This document shows positions 18,862 through 28,617 of a DNA stretch of 64,000 bases, one piece after another (position 1 is the first letter of the stretch; each line of letters opens with the position of its first letter). Source of the stretch: a bacterium (lineage in GTDB: Bacteria > Sysuimicrobiota > Sysuimicrobiia > Sysuimicrobiales > Segetimicrobiaceae); the NCBI GenBank assembly GCA_035307565.1, contig DATGHZ010000031.1:29061-93060 (forward strand), in the 5' to 3' direction. The position numbers and the translations under genes were made by a program. The notes beneath the pieces were generated by a model. The model made no database searches. It was not told the DNA's origin and saw only the letters and a program-made list of their open reading frames with translations.

Positions 18862-21095
18862 ACACGGTCCGGGGTCAGCGGCATGTCGAGGCGCCCGACC
18901 CCGAGCGGACGCAGCGCGTCGTGCACCGCGTTGACGAGCGCGGGCGGGGCGCCGATCGTGCCGGACTCGCCGATCCCCTTCGCGCCGAGGGGATTGAGGG
19001 GCGACGGTGTTTCCTGCATCGCCGAGACGACCGGCGGGAGGTCGGCCGCGGTCGGCGCCGCGTAGTCCAGGAGCGAGGCCGTGAGCGGCTGGCCGTCGTC
19101 GCCGTAGACGACCTGCTCGAGCAGCGCCTGCGCGAACCCCTGCGCCAGGCTGCCGTGGACCTGGCCTTCGACGAGCAGCGGATTCACGACCCGGCCGCAG
19201 TCGCTCACCGCCACGTACGCGAGAACGTGGATCCCGCCGGTCTCCGGGTCCACTTCGACGACGGCGACGTGCGCGCCCGAGGGCGTCATCACCCCTTCGG
19301 ATTCGAACCGCGCGCTCGCCGCCAGCGGTTCCCCGGCCTGCGCGGCGATCTCCCGCAAGGTCAGCGACCGGTTCGGCACGCCGCGCACCCCGGCCCGCCC
19401 GCGCTCGAGGACGATGTCGCGCGGCGCGGCTTCCAAGAGGCGCGCCGCCGCGGCGACGATGCGCTCCCGCACCTCCGCGCCCGCCCGCGTCATCGCGGAG
19501 CCGCCGAGCGAAAGCGACCGGCTCGCAAATGTGCCGACACCCTCCGCGATCGCGTCCGTGTCGCCGTGGCGCACCGTGATGTCGTCCGGCGTCAGCCCGA
19601 GCGCGTCGGCGAGGATCTGGCTGAGCGCGGTGGCCAGGCCCTGGCCGTGCGGCGACGATCCCGTCACGGCGGTGACGTGGCCGGACGGCTCGACCCGCAC
19701 GCTCGCGGTTTCCCAGGTCTCGCCGCCGCCCGCGGTTTCAATCCACGTGCTGAGGCCGATGCCGAGCGGCGCGCCGCCGCCCCGCCGGCGGCGCGCCTGC
19801 TCGCGGCGCCACCGATCGTACTCCGACAAGCGCAAGGCCCGGTCCAGCAGCGCCGGATAATCTCCGGAATCGTAGACGAGCCCGGTCGCGCCCTCGTATG
19901 GGAACGTCTGAATGAAATTGCGCCGGCGGGTCTCCGCGGGGTCGAGGCCGAGGCGGGCCGCGACGAGATCCATCAGCCGCTCAATATAGTAAGCTCCTTC
20001 CGGACGGCCGGCGCCCCGGTACGGTCCGCTCGGCGCCTTTGTCGTCGCGACGCCGCGGAGCCGCAGCCGTACGTTGCGGATCCGGTAGGCGCCGCAGCCG
20101 ACGAGCGTCGTGAGCGTCGGGATGATGGCGGTCACGGAATAGCAGTAGGCGCCCAGGTCCGCGAGGATGTCACCGTCGATTGCCGTGACGGTCCCGTCGG
20201 CGGAAGCCGCCGCACGCAGTCGCGCGCGCTGTCCCCGGCCGTGAATCGTCGTCTTCAGGTTCTCGACGCGGTCTTCGGCCCAGGCGACTGGACGCCGCAG
20301 GCCGCGGGCGAGATAAGCGGCCAGGGCCTCTTCCGGGTAATCGATCCCCTTGACGCCGAACCCGCCGCCGACGTCGGGCACGATCACGCGGACTTGTTCC
20401 GGCCCGACGCCGAGCACCTCGGCCAGCGTCTCCCGGGCGCCGTGCGGCGCCTGGGTGGACAGCGTGACCTCGAACCGGCCCGAGCCCGCGTCATACCGGG
20501 CGACCACGCCGCGGCACTCGAGCGGCATCCCGGCGAGCCGCGGCTGCTCGAAGGTCGCCTCCACCACCACAGCCGCGTCGCGAAACGCCGCCTCCGGCCG
20601 GCCCGCGCGAACGTCCTGGGTAAAGACGACGTTGCCGCCGAGCCGCGCGTGTAAGACCGGCGCGCCCGGCGCAAGCGCGGCATCGACGTCCACGACGGCC
20701 GGCAGCGGTTCGTAGTCGACCTGAACCGCCTCGGCCGCGTCCTCGGCCGCGTACCGCGACTCCGCGACAACGACCGCCACGGGCTGTCCCACGTACCGGA
20801 CGACGGCGGCGGCGAGCAGTGGATGCGTCGCGGCGGCGATGCCCGGAAACATCGGGGGCGCGGGAATCCGCGGGACCGGCGACGGCAGGTCCCGCGCGGT
20901 CAGCACCGCGGCGACGCCACGCATGGCGCGCGCGGCCGCGGCATCGATCCGGAGAATACGGGCGTGCGCGTGCGGGGACCGGACGACCGCGGCGTGGACC
21001 ATCCCGGGGAGGCGGATGTCGTCCAGAAATCGCGAGCCGCCGGTGAGCAGGCGGCGGTCCTCCCGCCGCCGGAGCGGCGCGCCCACGTAGGCCAT
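18819..21095 (-). CDS. Molybdopterin-binding subunit of the xanthine dehydrogenase / CO dehydrogenase (CoxL) / aldehyde oxidase family; no medium or small subunit genes adjacent
   Basis: ATG internal to track ORF 18819..21242: MAYVGAPLRRREDRRLLTGGSRFLDDIRLPGMVHAAVVRSPHAHARI..., about 760 aa typical large subunit. Neighbours are HAD and GNAT genes rather than FAD or 2Fe-2S subunits. Confidence 0.85.
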   Translation of the reverse strand: MAYVGAPLRRREDRRLLTGGSRFLDDIRLPGMVHAAVVRSPHAHARILRIDAAAARAMRGVAAVLTARDLPSPVPRIPAPPMFPGIAAATHPLLAAAVVRYVGQPVAVVVAESRYAAEDAAEAVQVDYEPLPAVVDVDAALAPGAPVLHARLGGNVVFTQDVRAGRPEAAFRDAAVVVEATFEQPRLAGMPLECRGVVARYDAGSGRFEVTLSTQAPHGARETLAEVLGVGPEQVRVIVPDVGGGFGVKGIDYPEEALAAYLARGLRRPVAWAEDRVENLKTTIHGRGQRARLRAAASADGTVTAIDGDILADLGAYCYSVTAIIPTLTTLVGCGAYRIRNVRLRLRGVATTKAPSGPYRGAGRPEGAYYIERLMDLVAARLGLDPAETRRRNFIQTFPYEGATGLVYDSGDYPALLDRALRLSEYDRWRREQARRRRGGGAPLGIGLSTWIETAGGGETWETASVRVEPSGHVTAVTGSSPHGQGLATALSQILADALGLTPDDITVRHGDTDAIAEGVGTFASRSLSLGGSAMTRAGAEVRERIVAAAARLLEAAPRDIVLERGRAGVRGVPNRSLTLREIAAQAGEPLAASARFESEGVMTPSGAHVAVVEVDPETGGIHVLAYVAVSDCGRVVNPLLVEGQVHGSLAQGFAQALLEQVVYGDDGQPLTASLLDYAAPTAADLPPVVSAMQETPSPLNPLGAKGIGESGTIGAPPALVNAVHDALRPLGVGRLDMPLTPDRVWRAIRDARSAGAT

Positions 21096-21135
21096 GCGGG
21101 GGGGGTCGTTCGCCGGGTCGTCGAAGCCTCCGCGT

Positions 21136-21669
21136 CTACTTCGCGATGGCATAGCAGTAGCAATCCCGCGGCGCGCCGTCGATGTTTGGGTGAATAATCC
21201 ACCGTCTGAGGACGCCCTCACGGCGCATCCCGATCTTTTCAAGCACTCTCGCCGAGGCCGTGTTCTCCACGTCGCACACGGCCCACACCCGGTACACGTG
21301 CGGTCGGCTCAGCGCCCATTCGACCACCGCACGCGCGGCCTCGGTCACGTAGCCCCTCCTCCAGAAGGTTCGCGCGAGGACGTATCCGATCTCCGCTCTT
21401 TCGCCTTGAGGCCGGAGGTCGATCATGCCGATCGGCAGCGTCTCGCCTTTCTGAACAATGGCCCAGGCGAATCCCTCGTGCCCGTCCCACAGCGCGCCGC
21501 AGCCGCGCAGAAAGTCGAGAGTCCGCGCGATGTTCTGATGCGGCCGCCAGGTGAGATAGCGTGTCACGTCGGGGTCGTGTGCATAGCGTTCGAAGATCGC
21601 GGCAGCGTCCTCCAGAACCGGACGGCGGAGGATTAACCTTGCTGTTTCGATTCTTTCGGGCGGTATCAT
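21136..21669 (-). CDS. GNAT-family N-acetyltransferase
   Basis: ATG internal to track ORF 21136..22110: MIPPERIETARLILRRPVLEDAAAIFERYAHDPDVTRYLTW...GYVTEAARAVVEWAL... (RimJ/RimL-like fold), 177 aa. Confidence 0.8.
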   Translation of the reverse strand: MIPPERIETARLILRRPVLEDAAAIFERYAHDPDVTRYLTWRPHQNIARTLDFLRGCGALWDGHEGFAWAIVQKGETLPIGMIDLRPQGERAEIGYVLARTFWRRGYVTEAARAVVEWALSRPHVYRVWAVCDVENTASARVLEKIGMRREGVLRRWIIHPNIDGAPRDCYCYAIAK

Positions 21670-21683
21670 GCCGGCGCGCTCCG

Positions 21684-22391
21684 TCAGCGTGCGGTGCCCA
21701 TCGATGCCGCGGCCAGGAGCGCGCGGATCTCGGACGCGGCCCGTTCGACGGCGCTCCCCAGCGCGTCCCGATCTCCCCGCGGCACCGAAAACGGCTCGCC
21801 GAAATAGACCGTGATCGGCCGCGGCCGCGGAATCACACGGCCGAGCGGCAGCGCATCCGCCGTGCCGGCGATGGCGACCGGTACCATCGGCGCGCCGGCT
21901 TTGGCCGCGAGCATCGCCGCACCGCGATGGAACGGGCGGACTTCGCCGGTCTGCGGAATCCCGCCCTCGGGAAACACGATCAGCCAGGCGCCGTCCTTGA
22001 GGGCCTCGACGGCCCGGCGCAGCGCCGTGGTATCCACCGCCTGCCGCCGAAGCGGGATGGCCAGCGGCCCGTAGGACCGCATCACGATCGAGACGCCCGG
22101 CATCCGCCACAACTCTTCCATGGCGAGCACAGCCGGCTTCCGCCGCAGGACGAGCGGAAGAATGATGGGGTCGAGCCAGCTGACGTGGTTGGCGACGAGG
22201 ACCGCGGGCCCGAGCGTGTCCAGCCGTTCCATGCCGACGGTCCGAAGCCGGAACAGTGCGCGCGCCACACCGCGCACAGCCCCCCGCAGCAGCCGATACA
22301 CCGGTCCGCCCAAACCGAGATCAGCATACGCGCCGCGGTCCCGGGCCGCAAGACCACGGAGGGCGCGGTACGCCCGCAGCGAACAAAACAC
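21684..22391 (-). CDS. plsC: 1-acyl-sn-glycerol-3-phosphate acyltransferase (PlsC/LPLAT family)
   Basis: Track ORF; HX4D motif VANHVSWLDP and FPEGG motif. Confidence 0.8.
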   Translation of the reverse strand: MFCSLRAYRALRGLAARDRGAYADLGLGGPVYRLLRGAVRGVARALFRLRTVGMERLDTLGPAVLVANHVSWLDPIILPLVLRRKPAVLAMEELWRMPGVSIVMRSYGPLAIPLRRQAVDTTALRRAVEALKDGAWLIVFPEGGIPQTGEVRPFHRGAAMLAAKAGAPMVPVAIAGTADALPLGRVIPRPRPITVYFGEPFSVPRGDRDALGSAVERAASEIRALLAAASMGTAR

Positions 22392-22454
22392 TCCCCCGCG
22401 GGATCCCGGCGCACACGGCCGCGTGCGGACCCGAGGGGCAGGAGGTGGCGTTCA

Positions 22455-23462
22455 ATGACTCCCGAGCTCGACTTGGCGCCGGGCCGTCCTCCGTTCAACA
22501 TCACCCGCGCCGCCCACGTCGAGTTTCGCGTGACCGACCTCGGACGCGCCCGTGAGTTCTACGTAGACCTCCTCGGATTCGTCGAGTCCGCGCGCGATCG
22601 CGACCGGCTCTACCTGCGGGGCTACGAGGAACGCGACCACCACAGCCTGGTGCTGCGGCGCGCCGCGTCGCCGGGCGCCGCGCATCTTGCGTACCGGGTC
22701 GCCGCCGACGAGGACCTGGTCCGCCTCGAGCATCTGGCCGGCCGGCACGATCTGCCCGTCCGCTGGGTGGAGGAAGCGCATGTGGGCCGCACGCTACGCT
22801 TTCAGGATCCGTTCGGGCTGCCCGTCGAGTTCGTGTATCACATCGAGCAGGTCGAGCGGCTGCTGCAGCGCTTCGATCTGTACCGCGGCGTGTTCGCGAT
22901 GCGCTTGGACCATTTCAACTGCCAGATGCCCGATGTCGCGGCGGCGGCGCACTGGTACCTGCGCGAACTGGGATTCGGCTGCTCGGAGTACGCGACCGCC
23001 GAGGATCCGTCGCAGCTGACGGCGATCTGGCTGCGCCGGAAGCCCAACGTCCACGATCTGGCCCTGATGACCGGCGTCGGCCCGCGCCTGCACCACGCGG
23101 CGTATTGGGTGCCGGACCAGCAGAGCGTTCTTCGCGCGTGCGACATTCTGGCCGCCGCCGGCTTCCCGCGGCAGATCGAGCGGGGCCCGGGCCGCCACGG
23201 ACTCGGCAACGGCTTTTTCCTGTACCTCCGCGACCCGGACGGCAACCGGATCGAACTCTATACCGGCGACTACATGATCGCGGACCCGGACTGGAAGCCG
23301 ATCCACTGGGCGTTCGACGATCCGCGGCGCGCCACATTCTGGGGAATACCCGCACCCGCCTCGTGGTTTGACGAAGCGTCGCCGGTGGAGTCCGTCGTCG
23401 ACGGCTCGTTTGTCGAGACGCGGGCGCCGCTGCTTCGCGACAGACCGGTCCTGGCCACTTAG
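22455..23462 (+). CDS. Type I extradiol ring-cleavage dioxygenase (VOC superfamily, two-domain; catechol/3,4-dihydroxyphenylacetate 2,3-dioxygenase-like)
   Basis: ATG with RBS ggaggtgg internal to track ORF 21561..23462: MTPELDLAPGRPPFNITRAAHVEFRVTDLGRAREFYVDLLGF...; a second VOC module ...LHHAAYWVPD...; 335 aa. Confidence 0.8.
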   Translation: MTPELDLAPGRPPFNITRAAHVEFRVTDLGRAREFYVDLLGFVESARDRDRLYLRGYEERDHHSLVLRRAASPGAAHLAYRVAADEDLVRLEHLAGRHDLPVRWVEEAHVGRTLRFQDPFGLPVEFVYHIEQVERLLQRFDLYRGVFAMRLDHFNCQMPDVAAAAHWYLRELGFGCSEYATAEDPSQLTAIWLRRKPNVHDLALMTGVGPRLHHAAYWVPDQQSVLRACDILAAAGFPRQIERGPGRHGLGNGFFLYLRDPDGNRIELYTGDYMIADPDWKPIHWAFDDPRRATFWGIPAPASWFDEASPVESVVDGSFVETRAPLLRDRPVLAT

Positions 23463-23473
23463 CACGTAAAGGG

Positions 23474-24277
23474 GTGACGGTCGTGCCGGCGTGGGATCTC
23501 AGTGTGGCGGGCAAGGCGGCCGTCGTCACCGGCGCCGGCAGCGGAATCGGCCGCGCGACGGCTCTCGCCCTAGCCGCCGGCGGCGCCTCCGTCTGCATCG
23601 CGGACCTCCGGCCCGACGCGGCACGCGCGGTCGCCTCGGAAGTCGAGCGCGCCGGCGGGCGCGCGGTGGCCCTCGCCGCGGACGTGAGCCGCTCCGACGA
23701 CGTGCGCCGGTTCATCGGGGAGGCGGTGCGCGCGCTGGGCCGGCTCGACATCCTCGTCAACAACGCCGGTCTGCAGTACATCGCGCCGATTCACGAATAC
23801 CCGGAGGACAAGTGGCAGCTGCTGATCGGCGTCATGCTGACCGGCACGTTTCTCTGCACGAAGTACGCGCTGCCGCACATGATCGCCAACCGGTGGGGGC
23901 GGATCGTCAACCTGGCCTCGATCCACGGGCTCGTGGCCTCGCCTTTCAAGAGCGCGTACACCGCGGCCAAGCACGGCATTGTGGGCTTCACGCGGGTGCT
24001 GGCGCTCGAAGTCGCCGAGTACGGCATCACCGCGAACGCCGTTTGTCCCGGATACGTCCGCACCCCGCTCGTGGAAGGCCAGATCGCCGATCAGGCGAAG
24101 GTGCACGGGATTCCGGTCCAGGACGTGGTGGAGAAGGTCATGCTGGAGCCGGCCGCGATCAAGCGGCTTCTCGAGCCCGACGAGATCGCCGGCGCCATCC
24201 GCTATCTGTGCAGCGACCTCGCCGGCGGGATCACGGGCACCACGCTGGCCGTCGATCAGGGGTGGACCGCGCGCTAG
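23474..24277 (+). CDS. Short-chain dehydrogenase, 3-hydroxybutyrate dehydrogenase-like
   Basis: Track ORF; TGAGSGIG, NNAG, catalytic YxxxK (SAYTAAKHG). Strong similarity to BdhA-type SDRs. An alternative GTG at 23504 gives the typical short N-terminus. Confidence 0.85.
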   Translation: MTVVPAWDLSVAGKAAVVTGAGSGIGRATALALAAGGASVCIADLRPDAARAVASEVERAGGRAVALAADVSRSDDVRRFIGEAVRALGRLDILVNNAGLQYIAPIHEYPEDKWQLLIGVMLTGTFLCTKYALPHMIANRWGRIVNLASIHGLVASPFKSAYTAAKHGIVGFTRVLALEVAEYGITANAVCPGYVRTPLVEGQIADQAKVHGIPVQDVVEKVMLEPAAIKRLLEPDEIAGAIRYLCSDLAGGITGTTLAVDQGWTAR

Positions 24278-24340
24278 CCGCGCGGCGGCCGCGATGGACA
24301 TCCGCCGGTCGGCGTTCTGGGGTCCCGCCCCCCCACGGCC

Positions 24341-25381
24341 GTGACCAAAATCGCGTTCCGCGATGTGACCAAAACGTACCCCGGCGCCCACCGCCCGGTG
24401 GTGGACGGGGTGACGTTCGATGTGCCCGAGGGCGTGATCTGTATGCTGCTCGGGACGTCCGGGGCCGGCAAGACCACGCTGCTGCGGATGGTCAACCGGC
24501 TGGTCGATCCGAGCTCCGGGTCGATCACCGTCGACGGCCGCGACGTGCTCTATGAAGACCAGGTCGCGCTGCGCCGCCGCATCGGCTACGTCATCCAGCA
24601 GATCGGCCTGTTCCCGCACATGACGGCGGCGGAGAACGTTCGCGTCACCGGCGAAGTCGCGGGCCGGTCTCGAGCCGAGATGACGCGCCGCGCGGACGAG
24701 TTGCTGACGCTGGTCGGCCTGGATCCGGCCGAATACCGTTCGCGGTACCCGCGCCAGCTGTCGGGGGGCGAGCAGCAGCGCGTCGGGCTCGCGCGCGCCC
24801 TCGCCACCGACCCGGGCATCCTGTTGATGGACGAGCCGTTCGGCGCCCTGGACGCCATCACGCGAAGCCGGATGCAGGCCGAGTTGCTCAGGATCCAGCG
24901 GGGCGTGCGCAAGACGATCCTCTTCGTGAGCCACGACGTGGACGAAGCCTTCCGGCTTGGTTCGCTCATCGCCGTGTTGTCGGAAGGCCGCCTGCTCCAG
25001 GCCGGGACGCCGGCCGACCTCCTGCTGCGCCCGGCGAACGACTTCGTGCGGCGCCTCGTCGGCGCGGACGCCGTCCTGCGTCAGCTGGAGTACGTGCCGG
25101 TCTCGGCCGCCATGACGGCCGGCGGAAGCGGCCCGGCGCCGCGCGACGGCGACGACGATGCGCGCTTGCAGCCGCCTGGCGCGGCCGGGGGACCGCGGCG
25201 GTTCCTGGCCAACGCTCCGCTGATGGAGGCGCTGCTCGCGCTGCTCGAGACGGGCGCGTCGGCCCTCCCGGTTGTCGCCGAGGGCACCGGGGAACCGGTC
25301 GGCTACATCACGCTCGCCGGCATCGGCCGCGAAATCGCCCACGCGCGCGGGGCGCCACACCCGGCGCCGCTTCGGCGCTGA
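24341..25381 (+). CDS. Osmoprotectant (glycine betaine/choline, OpuC/ProV-type) ABC transporter ATP-binding protein with C-terminal CBS-like domain
   Basis: Track ORF; Walker A GTSGAGKTT, signature LSGGEQQRV, Walker B ILLMDEP; C-terminal extension. Confidence 0.85.
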   Translation: MTKIAFRDVTKTYPGAHRPVVDGVTFDVPEGVICMLLGTSGAGKTTLLRMVNRLVDPSSGSITVDGRDVLYEDQVALRRRIGYVIQQIGLFPHMTAAENVRVTGEVAGRSRAEMTRRADELLTLVGLDPAEYRSRYPRQLSGGEQQRVGLARALATDPGILLMDEPFGALDAITRSRMQAELLRIQRGVRKTILFVSHDVDEAFRLGSLIAVLSEGRLLQAGTPADLLLRPANDFVRRLVGADAVLRQLEYVPVSAAMTAGGSGPAPRDGDDDARLQPPGAAGGPRRFLANAPLMEALLALLETGASALPVVAEGTGEPVGYITLAGIGREIAHARGAPHPAPLRR

Positions 25382-25389
25382 GGACGCCC

Positions 25390-26046
25390 GTGCGGTTTCT
25401 GCTGAATCCTTCGAACTATACGCTGAGCGATCCGTCGAGCGTCCCGAACCTCCTGGTGCAGCACCTGGCGATTGTGGGGACCGCCATGGGCATCGCGGTG
25501 CTCGTGGCGCTTCCGCTCGGCGCGTTTGTCGCGCGACGGCGCCGTCTGTACCTGCCGGTGGTCGGGGTCGCCGGCTTCTTGTACACGATCCCGGGCCTTG
25601 CGCTGCTGGCCGTGCTGGTGCCGATCACGGGTCTCGGTACCACGACCATTGTGGTGCCGCTCGTTCTCTACGCGCAGTTGGTGCTGATCCGTAACACCGC
25701 GGCCGCGATTCAGGCCATCGATCCCCTCGTGCTCGATGTCGGCCGCGCCGTGGGCATGACGAAGGGGCAACTGCTGCGGCGGGTCGTGGCGCCGCTCGCG
25801 CTGCCGCTCGTGATCGCCGGCATCCGCGTCGCGACGGTGACGACGATCGGCATCGCGTCGCTGGCGTCGCTCGTCGGCGCCGGCGGCCTCGGCGACCTCA
25901 TCTTCAGCAGCATCGAAAACGCGAACTACGACGAGGTGTTCGCCGGCGGCCTCGTGGTCGCGGCGCTCGCCGTCGTCGCCGACCTGCTGCTCCTGGCCGT
26001 CGAGACCGCGGCCGGGCGGTGGCGCGCCGCCGCGGTGAGCCGCTGA
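25390..26046 (+). CDS. ABC transporter permease (OpuCB-like)
   Basis: Track ORF, 218 aa, multi-TM, BPD_transp_1-like. Confidence 0.8.
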   Translation: MRFLLNPSNYTLSDPSSVPNLLVQHLAIVGTAMGIAVLVALPLGAFVARRRRLYLPVVGVAGFLYTIPGLALLAVLVPITGLGTTTIVVPLVLYAQLVLIRNTAAAIQAIDPLVLDVGRAVGMTKGQLLRRVVAPLALPLVIAGIRVATVTTIGIASLASLVGAGGLGDLIFSSIENANYDEVFAGGLVVAALAVVADLLLLAVETAAGRWRAAAVSR

Positions 26047-26696
26047 TGCCCGCGCTGCTGCGCTTTGTCCTGAGCCCCGGCGCCGACTACGCGGGGCATA
26101 CCGCCCAGTACCTCACGCTGTGCGCGGCCTCGTTCGCCGCGGCGGTCGTGCTCGGGGTGGCCGCGGGCGGGGCCGCCGCCCGGCGGCCGGTGCTGGCGTT
26201 TCTGGCGATCAACGTGAGCGGGATGGCGCGCGCGGTGCCGGTCATCGCGTTTCTGGCGTTCGCGATTCCCTACCTGGGCCTGGGCTTTGCCCCCGCGTTC
26301 GTGGCGCTCACCGTTCTAGGAATCCCGCCCGTGTTGTTGAATACCTGGGCTGGTCTCCGGGGCGTCGATCCCTCCGTCGTCGACGCGGCCCGTGGCATGG
26401 GCATGACGGGCCGGCAGATCGCCCTCCGCATCCAGGCGCCGCTTGTACTCCCCGTCGTCGCGTCGGGCGCGCGGACGTCCGCGGTCCAGATCATCGCGAC
26501 GGCCACCCTCGCCGCCATCATCGGCGCCGGCGGCTACGGAGACTACATCCTGTCCGGGCTCTACCAGGTCGATATGACCCAGATCCTGGCCGGCACGGTG
26601 CCCGTGTCGGGACTGGCGCTGCTCGCGGAACTCGGCCTGGGCGCGGTCGAGCGGGCGCTGACCTCGCCCGGAATGCGCGCGATCGGAACGGCGTAG
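26046..26696 (+). CDS. ABC transporter permease (OpuCD-like)
   Basis: Start MPALLRF... overlaps the previous stop (ATGA); multi-TM permease. Confidence 0.8.
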   Translation: MPALLRFVLSPGADYAGHTAQYLTLCAASFAAAVVLGVAAGGAAARRPVLAFLAINVSGMARAVPVIAFLAFAIPYLGLGFAPAFVALTVLGIPPVLLNTWAGLRGVDPSVVDAARGMGMTGRQIALRIQAPLVLPVVASGARTSAVQIIATATLAAIIGAGGYGDYILSGLYQVDMTQILAGTVPVSGLALLAELGLGAVERALTSPGMRAIGTA

Positions 26697-26746
26697 GGAG
26701 TGTTTGCAGCACGACGGTGGTTCGTGAAGGAGTCGGAAGGAGGAGG

Positions 26747-27667
26747 ATGACGGTGGGAAAGCGGCGAGGCGTGTTTCAAGGACAGCTGCTGGCGGTGCTC
26801 GTGGTCGGCGCGCTCGTGAGCGCGATCGTGCCGGGCTCGAGCCCCGGTGGTGCGGCCGCGGCCGCCCGGGGTCACCTGACCGTGGGCGGCAAGCTCGATA
26901 CGGAAGCGCAGTTGCTCACCAAGCTGTATGCGCTCGTGCTCCGTAACGCCGGGTTCGACGTCACCGAGAAGGCCAAGCTCGGCACCAACGATATCGTCCA
27001 CAACGCCATCACGAGCGGCCAGATCGACCTGTACCCCGAGTTCACGGCCACCGGGCTGGCGCGGCTGAAGCTCAAGACCACCCACAACGACCAGCGTGAC
27101 TATGCGCTCGTCCGGGCCGGCTACGAGAAGCAATTTCACATCACGTGGCTCGCCATGTCCCCGCTCAACGACACCTACGGCATCTGCACGACGCAGGCCG
27201 GGGCGGGCAAACTAGGGACGAAGGTCAGCGCCCTCGCGGAGGCGGCGCCCCGGCTCACCGTGGCGTCCCCGCCGGACGGCACGAGCGACCCCAACGTGCT
27301 GCCCGGCATGAAGGCCGCGTACGGCTTCGCCTTCGGAAAGGTCACGGTCCTCGACGAGGCCCTGACGTTCCCGGCGGTTCAGCAGGGCAAGGCCGACGTC
27401 AACGTGTGTTACACCACGAGCGCGCTGATCGCCAAGAACCACTTCGTCTTGCTGGACGACGACCATCACCTGTTCCCGATCTATCATCCGGCGCCGATCG
27501 TCCGCGACGGGACCCTCGCCAAGTGGCCCGATCTTGCCGCCGCGCTCAACCGGCTCGCGCCCAAACTGACGAGCGAAGTGAGCCGGCAGCTGCAGCTGCG
27601 GGTCGTGAGCGGCGCCACCGTCACGACCGCGGCGACGACCTGGCTCAAGAGCGCGGGGCTGCTGTAG
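26747..27667 (+). CDS. Glycine betaine/choline-type ABC substrate-binding protein (OpuAC/OpuCC fold), secreted
   Basis: ATG with RBS ggaggagga internal to track ORF 26120..27667: MTVGKRRGVFQGQLLAVLVVGALVSA... signal peptide; completes the 4-gene transporter. Confidence 0.82.
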   Translation: MTVGKRRGVFQGQLLAVLVVGALVSAIVPGSSPGGAAAAARGHLTVGGKLDTEAQLLTKLYALVLRNAGFDVTEKAKLGTNDIVHNAITSGQIDLYPEFTATGLARLKLKTTHNDQRDYALVRAGYEKQFHITWLAMSPLNDTYGICTTQAGAGKLGTKVSALAEAAPRLTVASPPDGTSDPNVLPGMKAAYGFAFGKVTVLDEALTFPAVQQGKADVNVCYTTSALIAKNHFVLLDDDHHLFPIYHPAPIVRDGTLAKWPDLAAALNRLAPKLTSEVSRQLQLRVVSGATVTTAATTWLKSAGLL

Positions 27668-27683
27668 GGCCGCCCGGGCGAGA

Positions 27684-28451
27684 GTGCGCCTCGCCGACAA
27701 GATCTGCCTCATCACGGGCGCCGGCTCGGGAATCGGCCGCGCCAGCGCGCTGGCGTTCGCACGCGAGGGCGGGACCGTCGTCGTGGCCGATGTGGATGGA
27801 CAGACCGGAGAGCGGGTAGCCGCCGACATCGCCGGTGCCGGCGGCCGGGCCGTCGCGGTGCGCACCGACGTCACGGATCCCGCGGCGTGCGGGCGCGCGG
27901 TGGCCGCGGCGCTCGACCGCTGGGGCCGCCTGGACGTGCTGTTCAACAACGCCGGCATCGGCGCCGTCGGCACGGTGGACGACGAGCCGCTCGATCAAGT
28001 GGACCGCGTCTGGGCCGTGAACGTCCGCGGGGTCTTTCTCATGTGCCGGGCGGCGCTGCCCCCGATGATGGCCCGGCGCAGCGGCTCCATCATCAACATG
28101 GCATCGGCGATCGCGGCGGCGGGGCTGGCCCGGCGCGCCTCGTACTCCGCGTCCAAAGGCGCGGTGCTGGCGCTCACGCGATCGATGCAGGTCGACTACG
28201 CGCCCTACAACATCCGTGTCAACGCGCTCCTGCCGGGGACGATCCACACGCCGCTCGTGGAGCGATATCTCCGCGACCACTATCCGGACTACGAGCAGGG
28301 ACTTGCCGGCATCCGCGCGCGGCAGCTCACGGGCGAGCTCGGACGGCCCGAGGACGTCGCCGCCGCGGCGTTGTTCCTGGCGAGCGACGAATCGCGGTTT
28401 GTGATGGGGTCCGGCCTCGTCGTCGACGGCGGCCTCACCGCCGGACGCTGA
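27684..28451 (+). CDS. Short-chain dehydrogenase/reductase (SDR)
   Basis: Track ORF; ITGAGSGIGRA, NNAG, YSASKGA. Confidence 0.85.
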   Translation: MRLADKICLITGAGSGIGRASALAFAREGGTVVVADVDGQTGERVAADIAGAGGRAVAVRTDVTDPAACGRAVAAALDRWGRLDVLFNNAGIGAVGTVDDEPLDQVDRVWAVNVRGVFLMCRAALPPMMARRSGSIINMASAIAAAGLARRASYSASKGAVLALTRSMQVDYAPYNIRVNALLPGTIHTPLVERYLRDHYPDYEQGLAGIRARQLTGELGRPEDVAAAALFLASDESRFVMGSGLVVDGGLTAGR

Positions 28452-28617
28452 GCGCCGCTGCCGGCGCCGGGTCACGCGCCGGCATGAATCGGCCGCGGCG
28501 GGCGCGAAGCGCATCCCGGGCGCGTAAGCACGCCGCACCGCGGCGTGGCGGCCGTTGAACGGCGCGCCGGCCGGAGGGACGGTGCGCTCATTTTTCCCGC
28601 GGGGGGGTGTCCCGGTC

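Noticed and set aside
21561-22454. N-terminal 298 aa of the 633-aa plus-strand track ORF
   Set aside because: Only the C-terminal 335 aa (from the ATG with RBS at 22455) is the dioxygenase. The upstream part overlaps the GNAT and PlsC genes on the other strand and is noise. Other long N-terminal extensions were treated the same way: 16878..18545, 36392..37456, 37877..39859, 47386..48639, 26120..27667 and 8459..9667.
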